From the NCBI GenBank assembly GCA_019057385.1, contig JAHQJS010000004.1, positions 948,727 through 1,012,726 on the forward strand: a stretch of 64,000 nt of DNA. Direction: 5' to 3'. How positions within the stretch are numbered: position 1 is the first letter of the stretch; each line of letters starts with the position of its first letter. This DNA is from Candidatus Borrarchaeum weybense (GTDB lineage: Archaea > Asgardarchaeota > Sifarchaeia > Borrarchaeales > Borrarchaeaceae). Position numbers and translations under genes: made by a program. Below are positions 9,671-20,356 of this stretch, in pieces. A model generated the notes under the pieces. It was not told the DNA's origin. It did not search any database and saw only the letters and a program-made list of their open reading frames with translations.

Positions 9671-10549
9671 ATGGAGCATTTCTATGTAATAGTGGGTATC
9701 TACATGCCTTGGCCGTATGATCTGGATATAGATTTTCCTGATGAGAATTCAAACGAGTTTTCAGATGAGGCAGTAAAGGAGGATGTTAGGGACTTTTTTA
9801 CAAATCCAGATCATTTTCTTTATCAAAAATGGGGTGAAAAAGCAAACCACAGCAGAATGGAAGATCCTTATCATAAGAAACAAATTCAAGTGCTTTTTGA
9901 AGGAAGAGAATACTGGCACTGGGTTACGGATCGAGCAATAACAGAATTGCTCGAAGAAGGATTCTTAAAAGAAGTAAGAACAGATAATACGATATTTGTT
10001 ATGAGATCTGATGTCAGGTATTACAAACAGAAGATTAAGAAAAGAATGAAGCTGATTCGCAGATATTCAGATCCGTATATTTCTAGAGGATATGGTGTTT
10101 ATGCTGAAGACTTATTTCGTATGACTTTGGAAATCGAAGGATTTCGTACTCTTTCAAAAAATACTAATGAATATGATAACTCAATATGGGAAGAGACAGA
10201 TCACAACCTAGACTTCATTATTGAAAAAGAAGGAATTGTCTACGGCGTAGAAGTCAAAAATACATTGGATTATATTGAACAAGAAGAATTTAATATAAAA
10301 CTTGAGATGTGTGAATATTTTGGTATTATTCCTTTGTGGATTTTGAGAAATGCACCAGGGCTTCAATTTATGGTTATGAAACTACGAGGAGGCTTTATTA
10401 TGCGTTTTGGGACACAATTCTACCCACCTGGATTCAGACGTCTCGTGAGAGATATTTGGAATACCATGCGTCTCCCTGTCAATGTATGGAGATCAATTCC
10501 AGAAAAGATCATAAATGTGTTTTTGAATTTTCACAGTCAGCAAATATAG
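9671..10549 (+). CDS. PD-(D/E)xK restriction-endonuclease-fold protein
   Basis: YAEDLF...LDFIIEKEGIVYGVEVKN catalytic pattern. Confidence 0.7.
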   Translation: MEHFYVIVGIYMPWPYDLDIDFPDENSNEFSDEAVKEDVRDFFTNPDHFLYQKWGEKANHSRMEDPYHKKQIQVLFEGREYWHWVTDRAITELLEEGFLKEVRTDNTIFVMRSDVRYYKQKIKKRMKLIRRYSDPYISRGYGVYAEDLFRMTLEIEGFRTLSKNTNEYDNSIWEETDHNLDFIIEKEGIVYGVEVKNTLDYIEQEEFNIKLEMCEYFGIIPLWILRNAPGLQFMVMKLRGGFIMRFGTQFYPPGFRRLVRDIWNTMRLPVNVWRSIPEKIINVFLNFHSQQI

Positions 10550-10938
10550 TTGTGGGCTCAAGAAAAAATTAGTACCCCCAATAAACACATACTCGTCAGT
10601 GCACCCTATAATTTTGAAATTGACCGAAGCATTATTTTGAATTTGGTATCCTGGAAACATGAAATTCACGAAAATGAGTTTTTTGGTTTGTGTATAGATC
10701 TCATATTAGTTTTTCAGAAGAACGAAGTATACAACAACGAGGACGTATTTTTTATGGTCTGCTTCGAGATCATCAAAAGATTATAAACTCACTTCTTCTC
10801 GAAGATACTCCCATTAAATGGGACTGAAACATGAATGAAAACAAGAAATGATGAAATAGTAAGGTAATTAATGACAGTTTTCACGTAACTATCGGAATAT
10901 TGATTATACATTTATTGAACAATTTTCGAGGGATAGTT

Positions 10939-11508
10939 ATGATCAATATTGGTATAATAATTTTCGATGGCGCAGAAGAACTGGATTTTGTTGGTCCTTA
11001 TGAGATCTTTTCTATCATGAACACGCTTGATGATCAGAAAAGGATCAATGTCTTCACAATTGCGGAAAAAAAAGAATTAGTGAAATGTGCAAACAATCTA
11101 AAGGTAATGCCTGATTTCTCCTTTGAAGAAGCCCCGGAAATTGATGTGTTACTCATTCCTGGAGGCGATGGAAGAAGAAAGGAGATGCACAACGAAACTC
11201 TAAGAGATTTCGTACTAAAAACTGCTAAAACAGCAAAATATACTACTTCAGTGTGTACAGGAGTATTCATTTTAGCAGAAGCAGGACTTCTTGATGGGAA
11301 AAAGGCTACAACATGGAAAGGTGTCCTTAACGAACTCGATAACTATGAAAAAATAGAAATGGTCAAGGAACGATTTGTAGTTGAGGGAAATGTTATCACT
11401 TCGGCAGGAGTTACTGCGGGCATGGACATGGCACTTTATTTGGTAGAGGTTTTGTTTGGGAGCGATGCTAGAAAATTTGTTGCCGAAGAAATTGAATATA
11501 AATACTGA
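10939..11508 (+). CDS. DJ-1/PfpI family protein
   Basis: EELDFVGP, PGG, SVCTG nucleophile elbow, TSAGVTAGMD. Confidence 0.9.
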   Translation: MINIGIIIFDGAEELDFVGPYEIFSIMNTLDDQKRINVFTIAEKKELVKCANNLKVMPDFSFEEAPEIDVLLIPGGDGRRKEMHNETLRDFVLKTAKTAKYTTSVCTGVFILAEAGLLDGKKATTWKGVLNELDNYEKIEMVKERFVVEGNVITSAGVTAGMDMALYLVEVLFGSDARKFVAEEIEYKY

Positions 11509-11584
11509 ATTGTTTTCATTGAAAACAATTAAAAGTAAAAGTCTATAGCTTTGAAGACAGAGTTTTGAAGAGCGGAAGCGAATC

Positions 11585-12013
11585 ATGATGAAAGATAACG
11601 AATCAAGCACTGGAGAAATGAATCTTAAGAAATTACTTTATGATATTGCATGCCGACCTCTTTGCAGGTTTTATAAAGAAGGACAAGAAGACGATCCAGA
11701 GGAAACAGAATGTGGTGCTTGGGAAATTTTAAGTAAGCACATTATAGACGGGTCATTAACTGTCGATGAACTACGAAAATTTTCCGAATCTAGTAAAGAT
11801 GAAGTTGATATGACTGGAGAAAAAAAGCCACCCTTTGATACACTTGATCAATCGCTTACTAATAAGATATGCAAACCGCTCTGCGAATTTTATGCGGAAG
11901 GTCAGGAGCACTGGGAGAAAGACTATCAATGCGGGGCCTATAAACTTATAAAGACTCTCATCACATCAGAAAAATTAAGACTTGAAGACCTTAAGATTAA
12001 AAAAGACGATTAA
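11585..12013 (+). CDS. Hypothetical protein with duplicated Cys motif CxxxCxFY-x10/11-CGA
   Basis: CRPLCRFYKEGQE..ECGAW and CKPLCEFYAEGQE..QCGAY; co-oriented with ZIP transporter. Confidence 0.7.
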   Translation: MMKDNESSTGEMNLKKLLYDIACRPLCRFYKEGQEDDPEETECGAWEILSKHIIDGSLTVDELRKFSESSKDEVDMTGEKKPPFDTLDQSLTNKICKPLCEFYAEGQEHWEKDYQCGAYKLIKTLITSEKLRLEDLKIKKDD

Positions 12014-12042
12014 GAAATAATCGATGACGCAAGAGGATTGTA

Positions 12043-12813
12043 ATGGATCCAATTCTGTATGCAATTGCAATAAGCACATTAGCAGGATCAGCAACGGGTT
12101 TGGGTGCTTTAATAGTTCTCGTTTTAGGGAAACGTAGTGATAACATTCTTGGAATGATGCTTGGATTTGCAAGTGGAACAATGATTGCTGTTGCCGCGCT
12201 GATTCTTATAATAGAAAGCGAAGCACTTACTAACGTAATATGGGCGGCACTTGGCTTTGCACTCGGAGCATTTGTAATGTTAATTGTAGATGCACGTTTA
12301 CCTCATTTTCATGTAACATGCGAATATGAGGGTGGTCAAAAAGAATCAACAACACGAGACTTAGCGTCACTCAAATGTGGAATGTTAATTGCAATTGGTA
12401 TCACAATACATAATTTCCCTGAAGGACTATCGGTGGCGACTGGGTTTGCGATCACACCAAGTCTTGGTCTTGTAATTGCATTATCGATTGGATTTCATAA
12501 TATTCCTGAAGGCATAGCTGTAGCTATACCCTTGTATAAAGCTGGCATGAGAAAAGACCAATTGTTTTTGGTTACTCTTCTTTCAGGACTATCGGAACCA
12601 CTTGCCGCGACAATTTCCCTGTTGCTCTTATTACAGGTTTCTATTTTTATTCAGGCTATATTTCTAGCCTTTGCAGGAGGAGCTATGATCTATTTGGTTT
12701 GCGACGAGTTAGCACCGCAGGCACATAGCGAAAAAACACACGAACATATACCAATAATAGGATTAGTTGCAGGTTTTTTGATTATTCTTCTTTTGAAGAG
12801 TCTTATTGCATGA
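12043..12813 (+). CDS. zupT: ZIP family divalent metal transporter (ZupT-like)
   Basis: HNFPEG and HNIPEG motifs, multiple TM helices. Confidence 0.9.
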   Translation: MDPILYAIAISTLAGSATGLGALIVLVLGKRSDNILGMMLGFASGTMIAVAALILIIESEALTNVIWAALGFALGAFVMLIVDARLPHFHVTCEYEGGQKESTTRDLASLKCGMLIAIGITIHNFPEGLSVATGFAITPSLGLVIALSIGFHNIPEGIAVAIPLYKAGMRKDQLFLVTLLSGLSEPLAATISLLLLLQVSIFIQAIFLAFAGGAMIYLVCDELAPQAHSEKTHEHIPIIGLVAGFLIILLLKSLIA

Positions 12814-12978
12814 AGTTCGCTAAAATTCAACGCAAAGTAATATTTACTTTAAAGTACAATTATTAAAAACTGGCATTTAAATTAGAGCGACATATACGAC
12901 TAGAAAAGTAGTACATAAGTTTTTATGATAAAATAACACTTTTCCTAATTTACCAATTCTAAGGAGTGATAATTTTAG

Positions 12979-13734
12979 ATGTTTTCTAATCATGATATCG
13001 AACTTATAGCAGAAATTCTCGTCAATTCAAAATACTTAGTTGCTTTTACGGGAGCAGGTGTTTCAACAGAATCTGGACTGCCTGATTATAGAGGTCCTGA
13101 GGGAGTTTGGACACTTCGAGATAAAGGACTCAAACCGAAATTACCAAGGAAACCAATCTCTGAAATCGAGCCAAATTCAGGTCACTATGCATTTGTTGAT
13201 TTATATGAACTGGGTATTTTAAAATATTTAATCTCGCAAAATGTTGACAATCTTCATTTAAAATCTGGAATTCCGCTTGAAATCATTGCTGAACTTCATG
13301 GCAACCATGCACTGACGAAATGTTTGGACTGTGATGCTCGTTTTACTAAACAGGAAATTGGTTGGGATGATCTGATCCATGGAAAGGGTTATCGGACTGA
13401 AAAGCCTAGATCAGATCAACCTAAATGCCCCCATTGCAAATCGCGAATAATTTCGTCAATTGTTAATTTTAATGATCCAATGCCTGAAAAGGAAATTATA
13501 GAATCTGATAACCAATCGAGAAAATGTGATGTAATGTTAGTAGTTGGTTCTTCGCTGAGCGTTTATCCTGCAGCCGAACTTCCGGTCATAGCTAAACGTT
13601 CAGGAGCGATACTTATCATAATTAATAAAGGTCCAACTCAACTTGATAATTTGGCTGATGTTCGTATTGAAGCAAAATCTGGCGAATTCTTGCCTAAAGT
13701 GGTAGAACAAATTAGGCAACTAAAAAACAGTTGA
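12979..13734 (+). CDS. Sir2-family NAD-dependent deacylase
   Basis: GAGVSTESGLPDYRG, QNVDNLH, ELHGN, two CxxC, GSSL.VYPAA. Confidence 0.95.
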   Translation: MFSNHDIELIAEILVNSKYLVAFTGAGVSTESGLPDYRGPEGVWTLRDKGLKPKLPRKPISEIEPNSGHYAFVDLYELGILKYLISQNVDNLHLKSGIPLEIIAELHGNHALTKCLDCDARFTKQEIGWDDLIHGKGYRTEKPRSDQPKCPHCKSRIISSIVNFNDPMPEKEIIESDNQSRKCDVMLVVGSSLSVYPAAELPVIAKRSGAILIIINKGPTQLDNLADVRIEAKSGEFLPKVVEQIRQLKNS

Positions 13735-13756
13735 AAATTTGCTTCTTCTTTTTCCT

Positions 13757-14041
13757 TCAAGATTTTGTTTCTTCAAGCCTTTGTTTCTCAGTTAAATTTA
13801 ACAAAAAGGAGCGTGCTAGCTTTGGTGAACTAAATCTCGCAATTGCCCATTCTAGATGAATTGTGAAATTCTTTCCACAAAAAGGGCAACTCTTTTTTCT
13901 CGATTTGACGAATTTTTTGTGAGATTGGTAAATCTGAGGCTTATCACATGATGTACAACGGACGAGATAGTAGAAGTGCTTTGACTTTTGAGAATTTTCC
14001 ATTTCAACCGCTTCAATGAATATTGAATCTAGATGTACCAA
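13757..14041 (-). CDS. Small zinc-ribbon protein (DUF1922-like)
   Basis: CTSC...CPFCG pairs. Confidence 0.6.
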   Translation of the reverse strand: MVHLDSIFIEAVEMENSQKSKHFYYLVRCTSCDKPQIYQSHKKFVKSRKKSCPFCGKNFTIHLEWAIARFSSPKLARSFLLNLTEKQRLEETKS

Positions 14042-14088
14042 GATTTGGTTAGAAAACTATACCTTTCGGTTTTATTTATTATAACGTC

Positions 14089-15663
14089 TTATGAGAAGTG
14101 GTTAATATAAAAATCTGCTGAGTTGTACTCTCTTTTTTTAATGATTTTATTGATCTCGTAATGTACCTGTTTTGATTTTAATTTTCTGAGATGACTGTTC
14201 TCTCGTTCACGTTTCTTAAATTCCAAAATTCCAAGCAAGAAAACATTTTTGTCTATACCCTCGTGATATTTGCTATTCTTACTTATTCTTACGCCTTTAA
14301 TGAAGCCTCCAAATTTTAGAAACTCTATACAAGCACTTATACTTTGATTTTTAAGTCGTAAAATTCCAGACCAGTTCGTTTTTGAACTTATTAAAGTTAG
14401 AATAATGTTAAACTGTTTTGCGATTTGCTGCAGTTGTTTGGATAAAACGGGATGAGTGCATGCGAGCATCAATGAAGGACAAAGGTATTCGTTTTTTATC
14501 CCACGTTTATTGTATTCTCTTGTTTTATAAAATGTCATACTTCCCTCAGTTGACATCCAAATTCTGAAGGCAATTTTCTTCTCAGTCTCAGGCGCACTAA
14601 TTAAATAGTCTAAATGCGGTTGTGGTTCTTTCAAATATTCATCAATAGTTTGTCTGGATGCAGGTGACGTTTTTGTATTTCCAGAATGTTTCGTAATGTC
14701 ATTTACGATTGTTTTTACTATCTTTTGAGTATAAGAAGTACGATACATCTTAGTTTCAGCATTGTATAAGCAATATGATGTGGGTAAAAGGTCGTACTCG
14801 TAATACATGGCATCTACAAAATAATTGTGCAAAATACTATTACGTCCATCAAAATGGATCATGTAATTATATTCATTGGAATTTGGTCGACTTACACAAC
14901 CGTCACTCTGGAGACATGGGATAATAATAGAGCGCTTCAGATCGACTCCCTCTTCATGCCAGAATCTTGCTTCACTTGTGAGCGGGGGGTATATTTTAGG
15001 GACTTTACTGTATTGAAAGAAGGTTGTAAGATAGTTGTATAAGTCTCTTGAGTAGATTCTTTTATCGCGGCTATTAATGTGAAGTGTTACATTTAGTGTG
15101 TCTTTGATTTCAGAAAGAGTCTCCATAGAACATTTGAGTAAAGTCAGAACATTTGGGGCACGAATACTGGCTGTTTGGGGGGAGATATAGGGTATAATAT
15201 CAATAATTTTCTCAAATTTTACTGGTAAGGTGACATTTTTCAGAGAGAGCTTTCCTTGATCAATAAATGAATATATTGTAGACTTTGATACACCAAATGC
15301 TTCAGCGATGTTAATTAGTGAGTGTAATGGTATTCTATTGACATTTTTTTCCCATTGGCTTGCAGTGCTCAAACCGGATTTGAAGATTTTAGCAATATCT
15401 ACCAATCTGAGACGATTTTTCATCCTTATATTCTTAATGAATTGTCCCGCGCCAGCTACACGTAAATTAGGGACTTTAACTAGATCAAAGAACCCTTGTT
15501 CAGTCAATACATCTTCTTTCAGTTCTACGTAGTATTTATAAACTGATGTTTCACGAATGAGTCCTTTAAAGGTTTTGGGTATATATTTTTTGTTATTTGC
15601 TGATTTTTTGTTTATTTGTGGAACTATAGCACCCAAAAACTCACCAATCATCTCATAGCACAT
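14089..15663 (-). CDS. XRE-type HTH protein with two degenerate LAGLIDADG-like motifs
   Basis: LRLVDIAKIFKSGLSTASQWEKN HTH; IIIPCLQSDGCV and AFRIWMSTEGSM. Confidence 0.6.
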   Translation of the reverse strand: MCYEMIGEFLGAIVPQINKKSANNKKYIPKTFKGLIRETSVYKYYVELKEDVLTEQGFFDLVKVPNLRVAGAGQFIKNIRMKNRLRLVDIAKIFKSGLSTASQWEKNVNRIPLHSLINIAEAFGVSKSTIYSFIDQGKLSLKNVTLPVKFEKIIDIIPYISPQTASIRAPNVLTLLKCSMETLSEIKDTLNVTLHINSRDKRIYSRDLYNYLTTFFQYSKVPKIYPPLTSEARFWHEEGVDLKRSIIIPCLQSDGCVSRPNSNEYNYMIHFDGRNSILHNYFVDAMYYEYDLLPTSYCLYNAETKMYRTSYTQKIVKTIVNDITKHSGNTKTSPASRQTIDEYLKEPQPHLDYLISAPETEKKIAFRIWMSTEGSMTFYKTREYNKRGIKNEYLCPSLMLACTHPVLSKQLQQIAKQFNIILTLISSKTNWSGILRLKNQSISACIEFLKFGGFIKGVRISKNSKYHEGIDKNVFLLGILEFKKRERENSHLRKLKSKQVHYEINKIIKKREYNSADFYINHFS

Positions 15664-15995
15664 TTATCTTAAAAATCTTTGTTGATAAATCATTCTTTTA
15701 AAAGGAATATGTTTTCTTTACTCAAAACATTATGTTAATGATCAAAAATGCATAAAAGTCCTTTTAAACAGCATTAACGCCCCTCATGTTTATTAATAAG
15801 AAGTCGAATTTGATCGGAAAATAAAACATGATTTCGTCCTAACTAAAGGAACAGGTAAAGGCAATGAAAAAATATAAAGAATTCTTAACGTTCATAGGGG
15901 AAAATTTAGGAACCCTTTTGATTTTGCGCCATTTTAAAGAACTCCTTGTGAATTTCCATCAGGGATAATACCATAAGCTTTTACAGGTCATTGTT

Positions 15996-17429
15996 TTAGG
16001 TGTGGTGATTATACGGACAACTTACATCTGGTCCAAGCCAGTCTCCAGAACCTACAAATCCTGTAAATCGGCATCCTCCACAAAGAAAATTAAATTGACA
16101 GTTCCCACAATGTCCCTTTAACTTATTTCTCTTACGTATATGGTTCAGAAGTCGGCTATTTACCCATATATTTTCCAAATCGTCTTTTAGAAGATTTCCA
16201 GTTGTTTGAGGAGCAGGAACACACGGCTGTAAGTCTCCCTGAGCAGTTAACCCAGCGTATGTTATTCCGGCTGTGCAGCCCCCGAAGCCTGAGGCAAATC
16301 GATGTACGATCTTACTGAATTCATTACTAAACTCATCAAATTCAGGCAAATTATCATATCCAGAAAGAGCCTCGCCTACTGTGAAGATTTTACCTTGGGA
16401 ACGTGTATAACTATAACGCCCATAATAAGTCATTCCTCGTGCATAAACTTTAATCCCATTACCCTGTGTTATAGATTTTGAAAGTTTTTCGTACAAGTAT
16501 TTCAACGCTTCAAATTTCTCTTGTGAAGTAACATCATACATGTCAAAAATTCTTGCGCCTCGACCTGCGGGTATTAAACGATTCAGATAAAACCGAGTTG
16601 CCCCTAGTGTCTCTGCAAACTCTATGATTTTTGGAATCTCTTGAACGTTTAATTTGTTAAGAGTTGCAGTAACTGCAATTTCCTGAAAATTACCGTTTTC
16701 AGCACAGATTTTTATGCCCTCTACAGTTTTTTCAAAAGCACCTGGAGTATTTCGAAATCCATCATGAATTTCTGGACGTATTCCATCCAATCCGATTTCA
16801 ATTCTCTGAATTCCGGCTTTTGTCAACTTATCAACAACTTTATGTGTAAGAAGCGTACCATTTGTGGCAACTGTGCAAAGTAGATCATTTGAGCTCGCAT
16901 AATGTGCCAACTCAAAGAGATCTGGTCGTAGCAGGGGTTCTCCTCCAGAAAAAGTTAAAACAGAGATCCCAGCATTAGCCATGTTATCTATTACTTTAAA
17001 TCCCTGCTCGGTGTTTAACTCGTTATAATTATGCGCCATTTCGCCTGAATCTTGATGACAGTGTAAGCAGTTTAAATTGCATTGATTGGTAAAATTCCAA
17101 ACAATTACGACAGGCACGTTTGTAGGTTGAGGTTTCATCACGCCAAAGGTGGATATCCCTTTCACAAGATTAATTATAGTTCTTTGGTAAAGTGGTTTTT
17201 CTAATAATTTCAGTAAACGTTCTTTGGAAATTCTTAAGTGTAGTGACAAAAATTGGATGACGGTATTTATTATATGCCGAGTTATTTTACAACTTGAACA
17301 CAATATCTTTTTTCTGTTTAGTAATTGCGAAAACACGGAACTAATTCTGTCCTTACCACATGTGTCGCATTTCTCTGCAAGATAATCTGAAAGTTTCTTT
17401 GCAAAATAATAAGATGCTTTAATTTCCAA
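15996..17429 (-). CDS. Radical SAM/SPASM protein
   Basis: CNLNCLHC, GGEPLL, C-terminal CGNC....CGGCR...C. Confidence 0.92.
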   Translation of the reverse strand: MEIKASYYFAKKLSDYLAEKCDTCGKDRISSVFSQLLNRKKILCSSCKITRHIINTVIQFLSLHLRISKERLLKLLEKPLYQRTIINLVKGISTFGVMKPQPTNVPVVIVWNFTNQCNLNCLHCHQDSGEMAHNYNELNTEQGFKVIDNMANAGISVLTFSGGEPLLRPDLFELAHYASSNDLLCTVATNGTLLTHKVVDKLTKAGIQRIEIGLDGIRPEIHDGFRNTPGAFEKTVEGIKICAENGNFQEIAVTATLNKLNVQEIPKIIEFAETLGATRFYLNRLIPAGRGARIFDMYDVTSQEKFEALKYLYEKLSKSITQGNGIKVYARGMTYYGRYSYTRSQGKIFTVGEALSGYDNLPEFDEFSNEFSKIVHRFASGFGGCTAGITYAGLTAQGDLQPCVPAPQTTGNLLKDDLENIWVNSRLLNHIRKRNKLKGHCGNCQFNFLCGGCRFTGFVGSGDWLGPDVSCPYNHHT

Positions 17430-17540
17430 AATCTCCTTTCGTTATTATTTTCTTTTTATTTCGATCCCTGTTGTTCCCTCCATTATTTAAAAATAGTAGA
17501 TGAAAAAAAGGACTAGAATACTGAGATGTAAATTATTGTT

Positions 17541-18092
17541 TTATCGATACTTGTCTTTTAAATACGCTAAGATTTCGATGAGTGTTTTATCAGTAAAATA
17601 GGATTCAACGGCATTCCAAAACTCATTAAAAATTTCCTTTGGGTATCCTGCTTTTTGATATTCGACAGCCTGAAGAAGCATTTCTAATTTATCTATCTGA
17701 TGCAACAACTTTGCTTCTTCTGTTTCATTGTTAATATATTGTTCATAGATTGCGAATAATTGCTTTTGTTTCTTCTCGTCTATTAACTCGAACAATTTCT
17801 TAGTTGCTTCTTTTTCCAACTCTCTTTTATTTTTGTCCCCTCCTAGCAATTCAATCGAAGAAGGAGTTAGATCCCCTATTTTACTTTCACCTATATCGTG
17901 TAAAATGGACATTGTCAAAAGTTTTTGAAGGTTGATATCGTTTCTGTCCATACCTATAATAAGAGCCATGAGCGTAGTTGAAAATGAATGTGCTGCAATA
18001 GATTCAGGATCTTTGATACCTTTTACTACCCATCCTGTTCTTGGAAGTCTTTTCAAAACATTTGTAACTTCAAAAAATTTTACAAAATCCAT
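17541..18092 (-). CDS. HD-domain 5'-deoxynucleotidase (YfbR/HDDC2-like)
   Basis: LKRLPRTGW, ESIAAHS, LHDIGE, DKLE. Confidence 0.9.
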   Translation of the reverse strand: MDFVKFFEVTNVLKRLPRTGWVVKGIKDPESIAAHSFSTTLMALIIGMDRNDINLQKLLTMSILHDIGESKIGDLTPSSIELLGGDKNKRELEKEATKKLFELIDEKKQKQLFAIYEQYINNETEEAKLLHQIDKLEMLLQAVEYQKAGYPKEIFNEFWNAVESYFTDKTLIEILAYLKDKYR

Positions 18093-18187
18093 AGACTCAC
18101 CATAATCTCATTTCTTTAATTCTTTATATAATAACAACTATTACAAAGATATCGTATTTAATTAAAATCAATAAAGAATGGAAACCG

Positions 18188-19000
18188 GTGAGAGAAATGA
18201 GTGCACAGAATTCATGGTTTGAAGTTACTGAAGTCCTGAAAGATGTATTTTTGATATCTGAGCCTGGCCATGCAGAATGGATTAATTCTTATTTGCTTAA
18301 AACAGATCCTCCTGTTTTAATTGATACCGGTATGGGAATAGGAGATATTAGTCTCGTCGTCCGTCAGTTACTAGGAAAAGATGATTTAAAAAATGTCTTA
18401 GTGATAAACACACATTCTCATTATGATCATATTGGAGGTAATCACCTTTTCAACAGAATCGCAATATATTACAGTGAAAGGGAATATCTTTACAAGCCTC
18501 AAAAGAAGGAAATTATTGACTGGATCATAGATAACTCGAATTTTACGAGATCTCCTCCTACAGATTTTGACGAAACGACTTTTCGGATTGTCCCTTCACA
18601 TGCAACAATGCTTCTTCACGATGGTGAGGTTATTAAACTCAAGGATAGACATCTAGAGATAATTCATGCACCTGGTCATTCACCAGGGAGCATTTGTTTG
18701 TTCGACTACGCTACTAAAACCTTATTTTCAGGAGATGTGATCTATAAAGGTCCTTTATATGCACATCTAGAAGAGAGCAATCTAAAAACATATTATAGAA
18801 CAATGCGAAAATTGATGTTAACTTGGCAACACAAAATTAAGAGGGTCCTTCCGGCACATAATGAGGTACCGCTCGTTCCAATGGTAATTGAGAGGATGGA
18901 AAAGGCATTTGAACAAATTCTTAACGGTACTGCAGAATTCACACTGGAAAATGATATTAAAAGATATTCCTTCAAACGGTTCTCAATATTGACAAAATAG
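18188..19000 (+). CDS. Metallo-beta-lactamase fold hydrolase
   Basis: THSHYDHIGG, PGHSPG, FSGD, PAH. Confidence 0.9.
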   Translation: MREMSAQNSWFEVTEVLKDVFLISEPGHAEWINSYLLKTDPPVLIDTGMGIGDISLVVRQLLGKDDLKNVLVINTHSHYDHIGGNHLFNRIAIYYSEREYLYKPQKKEIIDWIIDNSNFTRSPPTDFDETTFRIVPSHATMLLHDGEVIKLKDRHLEIIHAPGHSPGSICLFDYATKTLFSGDVIYKGPLYAHLEESNLKTYYRTMRKLMLTWQHKIKRVLPAHNEVPLVPMVIERMEKAFEQILNGTAEFTLENDIKRYSFKRFSILTK

Positions 19001-19053
19001 AAACCCCTTTGTGAAAAAATAAGTAAAGGACGGAAAACCGTTCTATTAGCTTA

Positions 19054-19905
19054 TTATTTTTCCTCCTCTAGCTTTGCTACAATCATTTTTACAGCTTCTT
19101 TGAAGGCCTTTGCTGCAGGGCTATCTGGATGTTCTGCAACGAATGGATTTCCTTTATCAGAATCTTCTGGTATTTTCACATCCAGCGGAATCCGTCCTAG
19201 GAAGGGAAGGCCTAGTTCACCAGCCACTTTCTCACCGCCACCTTTACCGAAAAGGTCAATTTCTGTTACTTTTCCACAATCTGGGCACGTGAATATTAAA
19301 CCGCTCATATTTTCGAGAATACCGAGAACTGGAACATTCATCTTTCCTGCCATGCCTATACTCTTCCGCACATCGAGGAGAGCTACGTCTTGTGGAGTAG
19401 TTACGATTACAACACCATCAAGATCTGGAATAAGTTGACCAACTGACATTGGCTCATCTGCAGTTCCTGGAGGTAAGTCGATAATTAAGAAGTCTAGTTG
19501 ATCCCAATAAACTTCTGCTAGAAATTGACGTATTACAGTAGTTTTGAGTGGGCCTCTCCAAATCACAGGAGTGTCAGGGGTTTGGAGAAGAAATGCGAGA
19601 GACATAACTCGAATACCTGAATGATGCATTACAGGCATCATACCAAATGGACCGGTTTGCTCTATACGGCGTCCCTCCATACCTAGCATTAAGGCTACAT
19701 CAGGTCCAGTAACGTCTGCATCAAGTATACCTGTGCTATACCCCATCATTTTGAACCCCATTGCGAGATTTACTGCGGTCGTTGTTTTCCCGACGCCTCC
19801 TTTACCACTCATTACGGCTATCTTGTACTTTATAAGCGTCATATTATGTTCTAACATTTTCATTTGTTTTTCCATTTCCGCTTTTCGTTTTTGATGGTCT
19901 TCCAT
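19054..19905 (-). CDS. mrp: Mrp/NBP35 Fe-S cluster carrier ATPase
   Basis: [25 protein letters not shown]...CPDC. Confidence 0.95.
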   Translation of the reverse strand: MEDHQKRKAEMEKQMKMLEHNMTLIKYKIAVMSGKGGVGKTTTAVNLAMGFKMMGYSTGILDADVTGPDVALMLGMEGRRIEQTGPFGMMPVMHHSGIRVMSLAFLLQTPDTPVIWRGPLKTTVIRQFLAEVYWDQLDFLIIDLPPGTADEPMSVGQLIPDLDGVVIVTTPQDVALLDVRKSIGMAGKMNVPVLGILENMSGLIFTCPDCGKVTEIDLFGKGGGEKVAGELGLPFLGRIPLDVKIPEDSDKGNPFVAEHPDSPAAKAFKEAVKMIVAKLEEEK

Positions 19906-20356
19906 TTAATCCATCTCCTTTTACTTTAAACAATCTATAATCAGTTTCTAAATGTAATAACTCACCTAATATCAAATCTTCAAATTATTTAACAAAAGCA
20001 ACAAGTAATATTTTTGTGCATCTGAACAAAAATATTCAAATGAACGTTTGCGTTGAAACGTATTTAAACTTTCTTACAGAGATAAAAATCATACATAATC
20101 TATTATACTAAATGAAAAAGATTAAATGATTTTGAATAGAATCCTAAAAACAGTTTCATAGATAGACATTTTCAGTTAAGTACTATTCATCTGGCTCTAG
20201 AGTTTTTAAGTAGTTATCTATCCATGTTATCTCAGAATTCCATAAAAATCGAAGTACATCTAGCAATTTAGTGTCTGGATCCAATTCACTCAATTCTTCA
20301 AGTTTTTCTTTTAGTTCTTTTTTGTATAAAATAAACATTCTATCTGGTTTTTTTAT

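Noticed and set aside
10336-10786. ORFs 10336..10572 and 10550..10786
   Set aside because: Overlap with or run on from a better gene, no recognisable domain.
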